This document shows, piece by piece, positions 53,855-64,000 of a stretch of 64,000 nucleotides of DNA; the stretch's first letter is position 1; each line of letters starts with the position of its first letter. Position numbers and translations under genes: made by a program. Origin of the DNA: Amoebidium appalachense (Eukaryota; Protista; Ichthyosporea). The notes under the pieces are model-generated. The model was not told the origin of the DNA. It was given only the letters and a program-made list of their open reading frames with translations, and did not search any database. The stretch covers positions 3,286,001-3,350,000 of the forward strand of contig CAVNZM010000012.1 in the NCBI GenBank assembly GCA_963693365.1, in the 5' to 3' direction.

Positions 53855-54807
53855 TGGAGGTTTATTTGGTCAGAGGGGTCGCACAATGCACTGCCAGCGT
53901 TTTATCATATCACCTGGCCAGCAATTTCAACCGGTTAATTGCAGGCGATTCATCCGAAACCAGCATTCTATGGGACACCACGACAGGGGAAAGGGTGAAA
54001 ATATGGCGGCGTTTAGACGACAATAGTTTTGGTCGGCTCAAGAAGGACCTTTTCGTCGACCACCACCAGACGTACATTATGGGCAAATATGAAAAAAATC
54101 AAGACGGCGTGAAGATATCGACGGTGGTACTGTACAGCCTGGTGGACGGGGAACCAGAGAAGTCTTTCCCCATGAACGCACCGATTTTTTCGCATGCACT
54201 CCTGCGCAATGACAGGTTGGCGGTGATAAGAGAAGACGGTGTGATGTTTGCGCAAAACATTAACACTGGTGATGTGCTCTGGGAGATGACATCAACACCG
54301 GTAGGAAACTCTATGGGAGGAGCAGCAAAGAGGATTGTTCAGGCAATTCGAACGTATCACTGGTTGTCGGGTAGGCAGCTAGCAACGCTGAGCACGCTGC
54401 GCATTGTCAATTATGGCATCGAACACGCAATCGTCTATGAGTCGTGGGACGAAAATGGTGATGTACTGGTTCCTGCCACCACACTGTTCCACATGGGAAC
54501 CGCGGGACACATAATGAATGGACGTGAATGGTTTCTTGTGGGATTTCACGGGCCTGATGTGTTGTCGGTGAAAACAAAAGCGGGTCTGAACGTGTATGTG
54601 CTGGCGCATCCAACCCCGTGTACAGTTGCTGTCGCAGAGCGTTTGATGTTGAGTTTGCCCGGGGCAGATAGTGGGTACTGGTCTGGGGTAAACATGGTGC
54701 GGGTCGTTGGTGCGGCAGTCATAACTGTGGGGAGCGATTGCAAGTTTAAGGTGTGGACGCGGCCGAAACAAGGTTCTGACAACAACAGACGTGTCCTGTT
54801 ACTGTAG
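53791..54807 (+). CDS. 338-aa intronless ORF, WD40/beta-propeller-like; probably the C-terminal part of the BTB gene in a shifted frame
   Basis: High-complexity ORF with WD-like blades LIAGDSSETSILWDTTTGE and VITVGSDCKFKVW; overlaps the BTB frame by 64 nt. Confidence 0.6.
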   Translation: MAIRRVVDCGLMPWVGRAAVVMEVYLVRGVAQCTASVLSYHLASNFNRLIAGDSSETSILWDTTTGERVKIWRRLDDNSFGRLKKDLFVDHHQTYIMGKYEKNQDGVKISTVVLYSLVDGEPEKSFPMNAPIFSHALLRNDRLAVIREDGVMFAQNINTGDVLWEMTSTPVGNSMGGAAKRIVQAIRTYHWLSGRQLATLSTLRIVNYGIEHAIVYESWDENGDVLVPATTLFHMGTAGHIMNGREWFLVGFHGPDVLSVKTKAGLNVYVLAHPTPCTVAVAERLMLSLPGADSGYWSGVNMVRVVGAAVITVGSDCKFKVWTRPKQGSDNNRRVLLL

Positions 54808-55980
54808 TTGGAAAACCCATCTTGTTAATGTTCTTTTTATGATACTTTGAAATCCCTATATCATTTTTGTGGATGATTTAAAAAAGTTTCAATCGGTAAC
54901 AGTTATGAATGTAGGCTTCGGGACGGTATACTAGTCGCGTCAAGTAAAAACGAAAATAATGTCTGTGTGATGATGATGTACGATAGTGTTGTGTGTAAGC
55001 ATTTCTTTGGTGTTAAGGTAAAAAATAACTGGGGAGTATCTTGTAACTGTGATTAATCAGGTACAGGCCACAGTCGAGTTAATAATATTCATATCTATTT
55101 TTAAAGTTCATTTTTGTCGTTTGTAAACCCCCCCCCCCCCCTCCGCTCCCCTATTCTTGTTTTCATTTCTTGCTCCCCCCCCCCCCCCCCCCCTCTCCCC
55201 CCCCCCTCCCTCCCTCCCCCAATAACATGTCTTTTCGGCAAGGCTTGTCACACTGCTTTAAGCGATAATTCTGTAATTGTGTGTGAAATATGTATACGAA
55301 CTTCTGTTCACTGTAAATTTTTTTTTTTGCATGTCTTTTATCGAAAGATATATGTACAAATCTGTTCGTCGATGAGTGTCGCAATGAGGACCACCCAATG
55401 ACGTAGCCGCGGTGGTTTTGGGGGGTTTTGGGAATGATCCAGGGCATAATTTATAATAACATATCTATTGAATCAGTCCGCCAATAAGAGCACCCCAAAA
55501 TCTGGCTGCGCTGCAATATGTTTCTGTAGAACTGGACTTGGCCACATGCTTGTTCTAAGCTTATTGGTGAGGACTTTCTTTGATGGGCGGTATCTCGTCA
55601 AGTTATAGAGTATGTGATCATAGCCAGTAGGCATTAAATTTTCATGTATTTTATTATATGTATTGTGTGTGCTTGACAGATGGTCTTCTTGTATATATCC
55701 CTAGTATGCTGTGCTGATGCTATTTATGGCGGTAAGATAAACATCCAGTCGCAGGTGGGAAAATAAAAGACCTTCGCATACTCATGATAATGAGGTCTGG
55801 ACAAGAAAGCCGGACTTAATTTACATTGCATTGACTCATTCATCTTCGTCAACGGTTCCACGGCCGGGGCATTGCTCTAATAATTATCTAAGTCTATTCA
55901 TGTTCGATAAGCCTTATGTCACCCTCCAGTGGCTTTCAAAAAAAAAAAAAAAGACAGTCTCTGGAGCTGGTCTGTGTATG

Positions 55981-56018
<38 letters not shown>

Positions 56019-56114
56019 TGTGTGTGTGTCTGTGTGTGTCTGTGTGTGCGTGTGTGTATGTGTGTGTGTGTGTCTGTGTCTGTGTGTGTGTGTGTCTGTG
56101 TGTGTGTCTGTGTC

Positions 56115-56152
<38 letters not shown>

Positions 56153-56248
56153 TGTATGTGTGTGTGTCTGTGTGTGTGTGTGTCTGTGTGTGTGTGTGTG
56201 TATGTGTGTGTGTATGTTCTGTGTCTCTGTGTGTGTGTGTCTGTGTGT

Positions 56249-56338
<90 letters not shown>

Positions 56339-56513
56339 CTTCAGACACCCGCCTGCACGCGCACGTGCGCGCGCACACACACACAGGGGGAACTCCAAGC
56401 ATATGCAAACACCTCAGGGATTGTACACAAAACATACCACATAAGAAGACATACAAGCACCCACGTCAAGACACGAGTTCACACACACACACACATCCTT
56501 GCGATCCACACGC

Positions 56514-56566
<53 letters not shown>

Positions 56567-56626
56567 GGCACGCACACACACACACACGTACACACACACG
56601 CACGTGCGGGCACACACACACACACA

Positions 56627-56689
<63 letters not shown>

Positions 56690-56869
56690 CACACGCCCGC
56701 ACACACACCACGCGCACGCACACGCGCACGCACAAGCACACGCACGTGCACACGCACACGCACACATGCATGCACGCACACACACACGCGCACCCACCCA
56801 CACACACACACACAACCCCACACATGCGCGTGCACGCGCGCACACACAGTGTCACACACTCACATACAC

Positions 56870-56943
<74 letters not shown>

Positions 56944-57716
56944 CAAGGACGCCTGCAGACTGAGGGAAAAAAAGCTGAGAGAGGGAGGGTGGGGGGAAGG
57001 GACAAAAAACTGTCATAGCTGGAGGGGGGAGGATGTTACAAGTTTTTTTTTTGTTTGTTTTTTTGTTCCCCGGGGGGGACCGGGGGGAAAGGGAGGTGGG
57101 GGGGGGGGAGGGGGGAGGGGGGGGGGGGGGGGGGGGGGGGGGGAGGAGCAAGACCGGTGCGGTTTCAGGAGGCCAAGGCAGAAACGCACTGCGCATGTAC
57201 AAGTGTGTATCATGTTTTTGGTATGCAGACATGTGGCACATGTGCACACAGTGGGGACACAAACACCGCGATGCAGGCAGTATCAACCATCAGAAATATA
57301 CACACAAATGAGTTTATCCTGTGTCTCTTGGGCGTGCATGCACCGACGAAACACACTTGCACACCACACGTACACATCACACTCACACACATACAGATGA
57401 GCGCGCGCGCGGGCACAGTCGCACACACGCAAGCACATGCGCACACACGCGCGTCCACAAGCACACAATGTGCGTGTGTGTTCGCGCGCGCACGCACGCA
57501 CGCGCGCGCGCACACACACACACACACACGCACAGGCCAGCGTATTTTCAATACATGTAGCGTCCCGCTAAGGGAACAATTTGTTCAAAATCTTGTAAAC
57601 ACATCTTAACGAGAACGGACCCACCATGAGCACCCTGACAAGATACAGTTGGGCTTGGAATCTCATATTAGGTATCCTAGGCCTGTTGCCAATGGTCTGC
57701 ACTTTTGCTTACAATC

Positions 57717-57750
<34 letters not shown>

Positions 57751-57768
57751 GCCACAAAAAAAGGCTTT

Positions 57769-57812
<44 letters not shown>

Positions 57813-58117
57813 CCTCACAACATACACCCACACGCACACATACCATATACACATGAAGTTACAAATTTTGCACTCATATAGTGATCGAAGAAGGGCCTAT
57901 TGCAATTATAAGAGCACATTAGAAGCGATCATATTACACATGCAGCAAAACGACACAAAACAGTCACGTGCTTATACTTTGGGGTCCCAAAAACAAAAAG
58001 GAAAAAAAAAGGGTGAATGCAATTAACAAGGGGTCGCACGCCCATGAAGTGGTGTGCGCATAGTGTGCGCGTGTGTACATGTGTGTGTGTGTGTGTGTGC
58101 GTGTGAGTGAGTGAGTG

Positions 58118-58157
58118 AGTGTGTGTGTGTGTGTTGTGTGCACGCTCGCGCCCGCAG

Positions 58158-58200
<43 letters not shown>

Positions 58201-58470
58201 CGTGTGTGTGTGTGTTTGAGATTGTGTGTGCGTGCGTGTGTTTTTGTGAAGAAACGGGAAGTCTTAACCAAACGATGTGTGTGTAGTATAGCGTGTGCCA
58301 ACCGCTCCTACACACGCCATGTCATAAAAATGCATGGAACACGCCATGTCATAAAAATGCATGGAGCGGTTGGCACACGCTATACTACACACACATCGTT
58401 TGGTTAAGACTTCCCGTTTCTTTACAAAAACACACGCACGCACACACAATCTCAAACACACACACACGCG

Positions 58471-58513
<43 letters not shown>

Positions 58514-58557
58514 CTGCGGGCGCGAGCGTGCACACAACACACACACACACACACACT
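58118..58557. repeat. ~440-bp palindrome, ~190-bp arms, 54-nt spacer
   Basis: 58118-58308 is the reverse complement of 58363-58557 including non-repetitive sequence (gaaacgggaagtcttaaccaaacgatg..tagtatagcgtgtgccaaccgctcc); the centre carries a perfect 27-bp tandem duplication (58312-58338, 58339-58365). Confidence 0.95.
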
Positions 58558-58810
58558 AAATGTGCTTGCATAGAGAAAGGGGAAATGGTCCAGACTGTAA
58601 AGGGAGCTTGCAGAGATAAACAACAGATAAACTCATTGCACACCATCATTAAAAAAACGACTAAAAACAGCAACATAAAAATTCAGAAAAGCGATCAAAA
58701 AATGAGCTCATCCGAATCTGAATGATTGAAATACTTTTTCTTTTGACTGGATTTATTCGACGGAAAGATATGACAAGTATGCACGGCATACTGAGAAGAC
58801 AATAAAAACT

Positions 58811-61800
58811 TCACGAGTTATCCAGTAACAAGTGCATACTGAGATACCTGAACACTGTGTGAAAATCATATAAATACTCAATGTGACGACCAACAGAATT
58901 CAACAAAAAGTCTAAAGTGTTCACATTGCCAGCTAGTGTAGCAGATACCCGGAGGGAAAGAGGTAAAACGCGACATAAAAATTCACACCTATCAACATGC
59001 TTGCGATTAAAAAGGTCAGCACAAAAGTGGCACCAGCGGCGATGAAAACAAGAATTACAGCGCCACTGCACAACTTCCCAGGCAATATCAACATCAGAGC
59101 ACCATACAGACTTATCTACTAGGGTGGTATCCATACGTACAGCAGGAGAAATGTATCCTGCCAAAGCTCCCAAAAAGCGATAATGATCAGTACGGTGTTG
59201 CCTAAGGAACATAACACATGCCGACTGAGTTTTACCTTTGATTTCTCTATCAGAACGAGAAAGAAACTTATACTGCGTATGGTAATAACGCGAAAAGGCA
59301 GAAAAAACAGGAAGAGAAAAGAAAGAGGGAGTGAGATAGCGAGAGGAAGAATCAGGTGGAAAGAGGGTAGGCTGAGGACATTCAGAAGTAGCGTTGGTGA
59401 ATCGGGGGGGAAGAGGGATGGAGGGAGGGGGGGGAAAGAAAGCATAAAGAGGGTGACCATCAGGTAGCCTAACTAAATGAAAACAAAAACGAAGAGACAA
59501 TTCCTCCATACGACAAACAGCAGACGACAATCCAAACATACTGATTAAGGGAGGCACAAACCGAGTACGAAACAAAGTGCGTAGCGCAGTACCCTGAAAA
59601 TCGTCGAACTCGTTCAGCGCCATTGCCGCCTCGCGAGGTGGGGCGCAGGCCAATAGCGGAATCCATATTCGAAAGTCGGCCGTAAAAAAGTTTTATAGTA
59701 GAGAAGAAGGTTCGCAGGATGGATCACAGACTCCTGTTGAAACATATTTGACACGATGTGAAGCTTACCCTTCGCACGAGCGATCCGTGCTGTGAGGAGC
59801 TTGCGGAAATCAATACCCCGTGCAGTAAAAGGAATACCCAAATAGTCATAGGTGCTCTGAACAGGAATAGGAAGGCCGGCCAATCGAAAGGAAGTGTTCT
59901 TCGAAAAAGTAGCACACTTTGCAATTCCGACTGTCATGAAATTCTCGGTGCACCATTGATCCACCTGACGAAGCATCTGGTGCATGACATCTTCGGTTAA
60001 GGAACAAAGAACAATATCGTCCGCAAAAAGGAGACCCGGGACACGACGGGTATGCAGTTGGCCAAAGGGTTCGAGGGCGCAGGCTAAATCGTCAATGAAA
60101 ACGTCAAACAACAACGGACTCAGGAGGGACCCCTGCAGAAGACCCCGGGAACGGGAAAAACCGGGTGTTAATGTTCCATTGACCGCCGCGCATCCGCGAG
60201 TGGTATCGAACAACGCTTGCAGAAGACGGCCAAAGGGGGCTGGTAAGCCCCGCATAGCTAGCTTATGCCATAACAAACCAGTGGGTACGGTGTCGTAGGC
60301 GTTCTTAAGGTCGATGAAGACAACGTGGGGAGAGCCAGAAGTAATGGAATCATGGAGTAACAGACTGTGAGTATAACACGAATAGGCATGACGAAAGCCC
60401 CCTTGAAGGGAGGAAAGACGGAACACGGCGTTTAAAGAATCGTCGGTGTTAAACGCGCGAAGCATGCAACCCTCGAAGAGCCGACGAAAAACGTTGGTAA
60501 GTGTGACGGGACGAAAGTCGTTAATGACCCCCTGCGATACCTTCTTACGAACGGGCGTAACGATTGTGTCAAGCCACGAATTTGGAATAAACCCGAGTTC
60601 GAAAAAAGCCGAAAAAAACTCACTAAGAAGGACAGCAAAAGGCGGGGGCGGGGGGGACTCTGCACGATTACGGGGCGGAAGCACGGGAGAAAGAACCTTG
60701 AAAAGCACGGGAGGAAGAGCATCCGGCCCGCACGCCTTGCGGGGTTTTAACGCCCGTATAGCACCAAAAACAGCCGAAGAGTTGAAATAACTATGAAAAG
60801 TGCCCGGGAACGATCGGTCCGGCTCCCAACTTGGCGGCTGGGAGAGGCCAGCGGGCGGTGATGGAACCGTGGACACGTTAGGAAGCGAAAATAGGGAAGC
60901 ATAATAGTCATCGACGGATTCAGCAACGGAGATGGAAGGAGACGGGGCATAGACTTGCACGGAAGGCCCAAACCGACCGGCGGATTTCCAGACCGATAAT
61001 GCTTCCTGTAGAGGCAACAACTGTCGTAGGGACTGCAAAACGTGAGACTGTCTCAGTCGAACGGAAGGGTACTCAACCGTGCCCACCACCTGCTCGCCAA
61101 GGGCAAATAGGAACTCAACAAACTCATTATAACAAACCTCCAAAATAGCCGGGTTCCGCTGCGCACGGGCGTCGCGCACTGCGGCAAGAAAGAAGCCATG
61201 AACCGACTCATACTCCTTGACAGCGAGTAACTGGTTTAACTTGTGCTTGAAACCGCGAGATAAGAGGCGGCGGTTAGTCTGAGTAGCCCCGCCGAAGTGA
61301 ACAGGGAAGGAAACCGAAAATTCTACAGGGGAATGGTCCGAACTACGCCGGAAGGAATCGGGTGGGGAAATTACTCGAAGGGTGGAGTCCCAAAACGAGG
61401 CACCCCAGTCAGTCGCGTGGTTAACGAAAACGCGAGGAAGACGGACAAGGTGCTTTCGAAGAAGGTTGGCGAGGACACGAGCACGGTCAGAAAAAGGACG
61501 AAACTGTGCTGGGGACGGGGTATGTTCCCTATCACACGGAACCACTGGACAATTGAAGTCACCAATAAAAACTTGAGAAACGGGAATTTGGTTAACCACG
61601 GCTGACAAAGTGTCAGTACCTAACGACGGAGGAAAGTACACGAAAGACAAAGTCCACGCACGAAACTGAATGGTGACGAAATACTCATGCGCCGCAATGA
61701 CCCTGCAATCCGAACGAATGCTAGGATTGGCTAAAACCGCGATGCCGCCTCGGGAGAAACCAGTCGATGACGAAGAACCAATCAAAAATCCGGATTGCTC

Positions 61801-61947
61801 CAACTGATGATGATTATAGAACCATGGCTCGGCAAGAACAACAAAAGAATAGGCACGAACAGAGTCAAAAATGTATTGCAATTGCGGGGATTGTAAACCA
61901 TGAACATTCCAAAACAAAAAAGAAAGAGGTTGAGGTTGTTGAGCCAT
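58811..61947 (-). CDS. LINE ORF2: AP endonuclease + reverse transcriptase + C-terminal CCHC, one frameshift near 59660
   Basis: APE motifs WNVHG, LAEPW, GGIAVL, VYFPP, IGDFN, SDHSP; RT motifs KACGPD, FRPVTL, QGGFR, FIDLKNAYDTV, GLLQGSLLSPLLF, LFADD, YDYLGI; after RPTFEYG the protein continues in the 58811-59653 frame to CHFCADLFNRKHVDRC. Confidence 0.95.
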
Positions 61948-63053
61948 TTAATTTCCGGCAGCAGCCCGCGGTGCGCCAATCCGATCCAACCACGCACGAT
62001 AAAAAGCCGCCACCTCCTGGGACGCAGTCACATGGCGGGGGGATCCGTCCGCCCGCTCGAAAAAGGCCAGCTGTTTCTGCAACCGCCCGCGAAGCATATC
62101 CACAGCGGTTTTGCCGGCGTCCATAAATTTCTGTTGTCGAATGTTACCGAGCGCATCAGGCTGAAAAGCCGCCGAGTCCAGAATTTCGAGGTGCAGAAGG
62201 TTGCGCAGCTTGGTGCACAACTCAGCCTCGTAGTCCTCCTCAACAAGAAGCTCAAGCACACGGCCGCCGATGAAGGAATAATTGCGAATTTTGCTGGTAC
62301 GCACACGAATTGCCCGAAAATCTTGCTTGATCTGCGAGATGGGGCCGCGAGCAAGGGTGACGTAGACGGGTTTGAAAGCGGGAGAGTGAGCACGGGCTTG
62401 GTCCTGACGTGGCATGGGGTTGACAGGACGGGGACGGCACCGTTCGCGAAGGCGCTTGACAGCGGCCACAAAGCTGTCAACAGCCTCAGGCTTGCCCTTG
62501 ATCGAGCCAACCTTGTTGGCCTCCTCACGAAGTGCGTCCTCCTCGGAGCGAGCAGCGGCGGCAGCATAGGAAACGGGTATGGAATTGGCAGGGGGGCGGC
62601 TCCGCGAATCTCCGACCGTTCCGGAATGACGGTGGGAATGCGAGGGCCACCACCGTTAGGGGGAGACGCCGCAGCAGCTGCCGCAGCGGCCGGCCCCACC
62701 GGCTGAGGCTCACGGGAAGGCGAAGGCGTATCGATGAAACGAGCCAGGGTGGCGGTGAGTTCCTCCACCCGCTGCAGGAGCTCAGTCACTTGGATGCGAA
62801 GGCGGGCATTTTCATCACGTAGGTCCTTGAGTTGGTCTGTGTTGGTCTTGGGTTTCTTAGGGGCTGGGGTGGAAGGTTGTGGAGTAGACAACACAACCTG
62901 CTGACTCGCCTGTTGGGACTCAAAATCCAGGATGTCGTCGGAGTTTTCGATAGCGAGGACACCAAACCGGTTGGCATGGTGGGGCGGGGGGGACTGCTCG
63001 GGACTGTGCACCCGCTTGCCATCGAGAGGGACGAGGTCATGCTGGGAGGCCAT
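61948..63053 (-). CDS. LINE ORF1 (coiled coil, SYAAAAA motif, putative RRM-like C-terminal domain), one frameshift at the G run near 62591-62596
   Basis: MASQHD..LKDLRDENARLRIQVTELLQRVEELTATL (coiled coil); the 61948-62469 frame extends upstream without a stop through PANSIPVSYAAAAARSEEDALREE to the homopolymer. Confidence 0.8.
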
Positions 63054-63065
63054 GGTGTTGGGCCT

Positions 63066-63330
63066 GAATAAAACAAAAGATGTAAAACGGTATATATACT
63101 GAAAGGGAATTCAAATCCGATGACGTAGGAAGTTAATCAAGCAAGAAAGTCTCACCCCTAGTGAATAAAACAAAAGATGTAAAATGGTATATATACTGAA
63201 ACGGAATTCAAATCCGATGACGTAGGAAGTTAATCAAGCAAGAAAGAAATAAAACAAAAGATGTAAAACGGTATATATACTGAAAGGGAATTCAAATCCG
63301 ATGACGTAGGAAGTTAATCAAGCAAGAAAG
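63066..63330. repeat. Three near-identical ~83-bp tandem monomers at the LINE 5' end
   Basis: aataaaacaaaagatgtaaaa(c/t)ggtatatatactgaaa(g/c)ggaattcaaatccgatgacgtaggaagttaatcaagcaagaaag at 63066-63149, 63163-63246, 63248-63330. Confidence 0.95.
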
Positions 63331-63707
63331 TTAGATAGGCACGTGATATTCGAATGATATATTTGGTAAATGCTCATTTTATCCACCAATCGGAAGAAGA
63401 TGGTGTGATGATCGGCATCACACATCTCTTCCTGTAGAAGCGACTATGAAAGTCGTGTTTTTCGCTTCTCTCAAACAGTCTTTTCCTCGCCGCTTGAGAA
63501 GCGCGCGTTAGTGAGGCCGGTCTAGTGACCAAGACCAAAGCTTTTGAGCGCAGTGAGCGCTATAGTCAGTCGTGTAGGTCCCTAGACTTTAGCTATAATA
63601 ATAGGCCCAGGAACCGCAGATCATTGAGACCGGATGCGCTCATGAGTTTTTGCAAAACCCAAGTGGGGTTGTGTTTTGGGGTTGTTTGTGTAGCTATAAG
63701 CACCTAG

Positions 63708-64000
63708 GCACGTCTGGCAACGTTAGCCCGTGTGGGCTGCTCGCGTGAGCATGTACAGCAGCAACGTGTGCTGCTCTCTAGTCCTAGTGTGGGCCCCGGC
63801 AGCAGTGGTCTGTGCGGGGGCGGCCGGTTATGTGTGCTCCCAGTAAGCCAGTGGGCGGGGTAGCACCTGCACCGCTCTATCAACGGGTGCGTGCGTGCCA
63901 CGACGAGTGGGCGCGCGGTGGAGGAGCCAAGGACGTGCTCTTCTGGATTAAGTATGGCATCACACCCGAATGGTGCGCTGGGCCGCCACCTCCCCACGAC
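63708..64000 (+). mobile_element. Probable beginning of a DIRS/tyrosine-recombinase retroelement pol ORF (truncated by window)
   Basis: Frame open from 63708, ATG at 63830: ..LYQRVRACHDEWARGGGAKDVLFWIKYGITPEWCAGPPPPHD resembles the R-x6-W..vl.wI..G...w...Pp leader that precedes DIRS-type RT domains; catalytic motifs are outside the window. Confidence 0.45.

Larger units (their letters stand above)
58734..63330 (-). mobile_element. Near full-length non-LTR retrotransposon (LINE, APE-RT type)
   Basis: 5' tandem monomers, ORF1, ORF2 (APE + RT + CCHC), AATAAA (58752-58757 on minus) then a short A-rich tail AAAAGAAAAAG; devoid of host microsatellites; no TSD recognised. Confidence 0.93.

Noticed and set aside
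61900-62706. 268-aa plus-strand ORF
   Set aside because: Antisense shadow of GC-rich LINE ORF1; no recognisable motif.
63066-63330. CRISPR-like array
   Set aside because: 83-bp units with 13-nt and 1-nt gaps, no unique spacers, eukaryotic context, no cas genes.
58700-63400. Target-site duplication around the LINE
   Set aside because: Only a 7-nt gaatgat match on both flanks, not at defined ends.

Overview
Eukaryotic (probably protist) genomic DNA, very intron-rich and saturated with poly(C)/poly(G) tracts and (CA)n/(GT)n microsatellites, so almost all ORFs in the supplied track are low-complexity artefacts. Manual splicing gives, left to right: (1) the 3' part of an Orai (CRAC channel) gene whose selectivity-filter glutamate is replaced by glutamine; (2) a tentative compact multi-exon minus-strand gene, weakly C9orf72/longin-like, head-to-head with (3) a ~48-exon, 37-kb SNF2/Brahma (SMARCA2/4-type) remodeller gene (HSA, ATPase, SnAC, atypical bromodomain) whose introns host two intron-containing tRNA-Arg(UCU) copies, a hAT-like non-autonomous element, a duplicated structured 380-bp element and several decayed copies of its own splice junctions; (4) a two-exon Cys-rich type I membrane protein with a PPxY tail; (5) a coiled-coil/KCTD-type BTB gene overlapping an out-of-frame WD40-like ORF; (6) a ~440-bp palindrome; (7) a near full-length APE-RT LINE with abutting TAA-ATG ORFs and a triplicated 5' monomer with intron-like signals; (8) the probable start of a DIRS-like pol ORF at the right edge. 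All family assignments come from motif recognition by eye; no database search was run, and homopolymer sequencing errors are likely.
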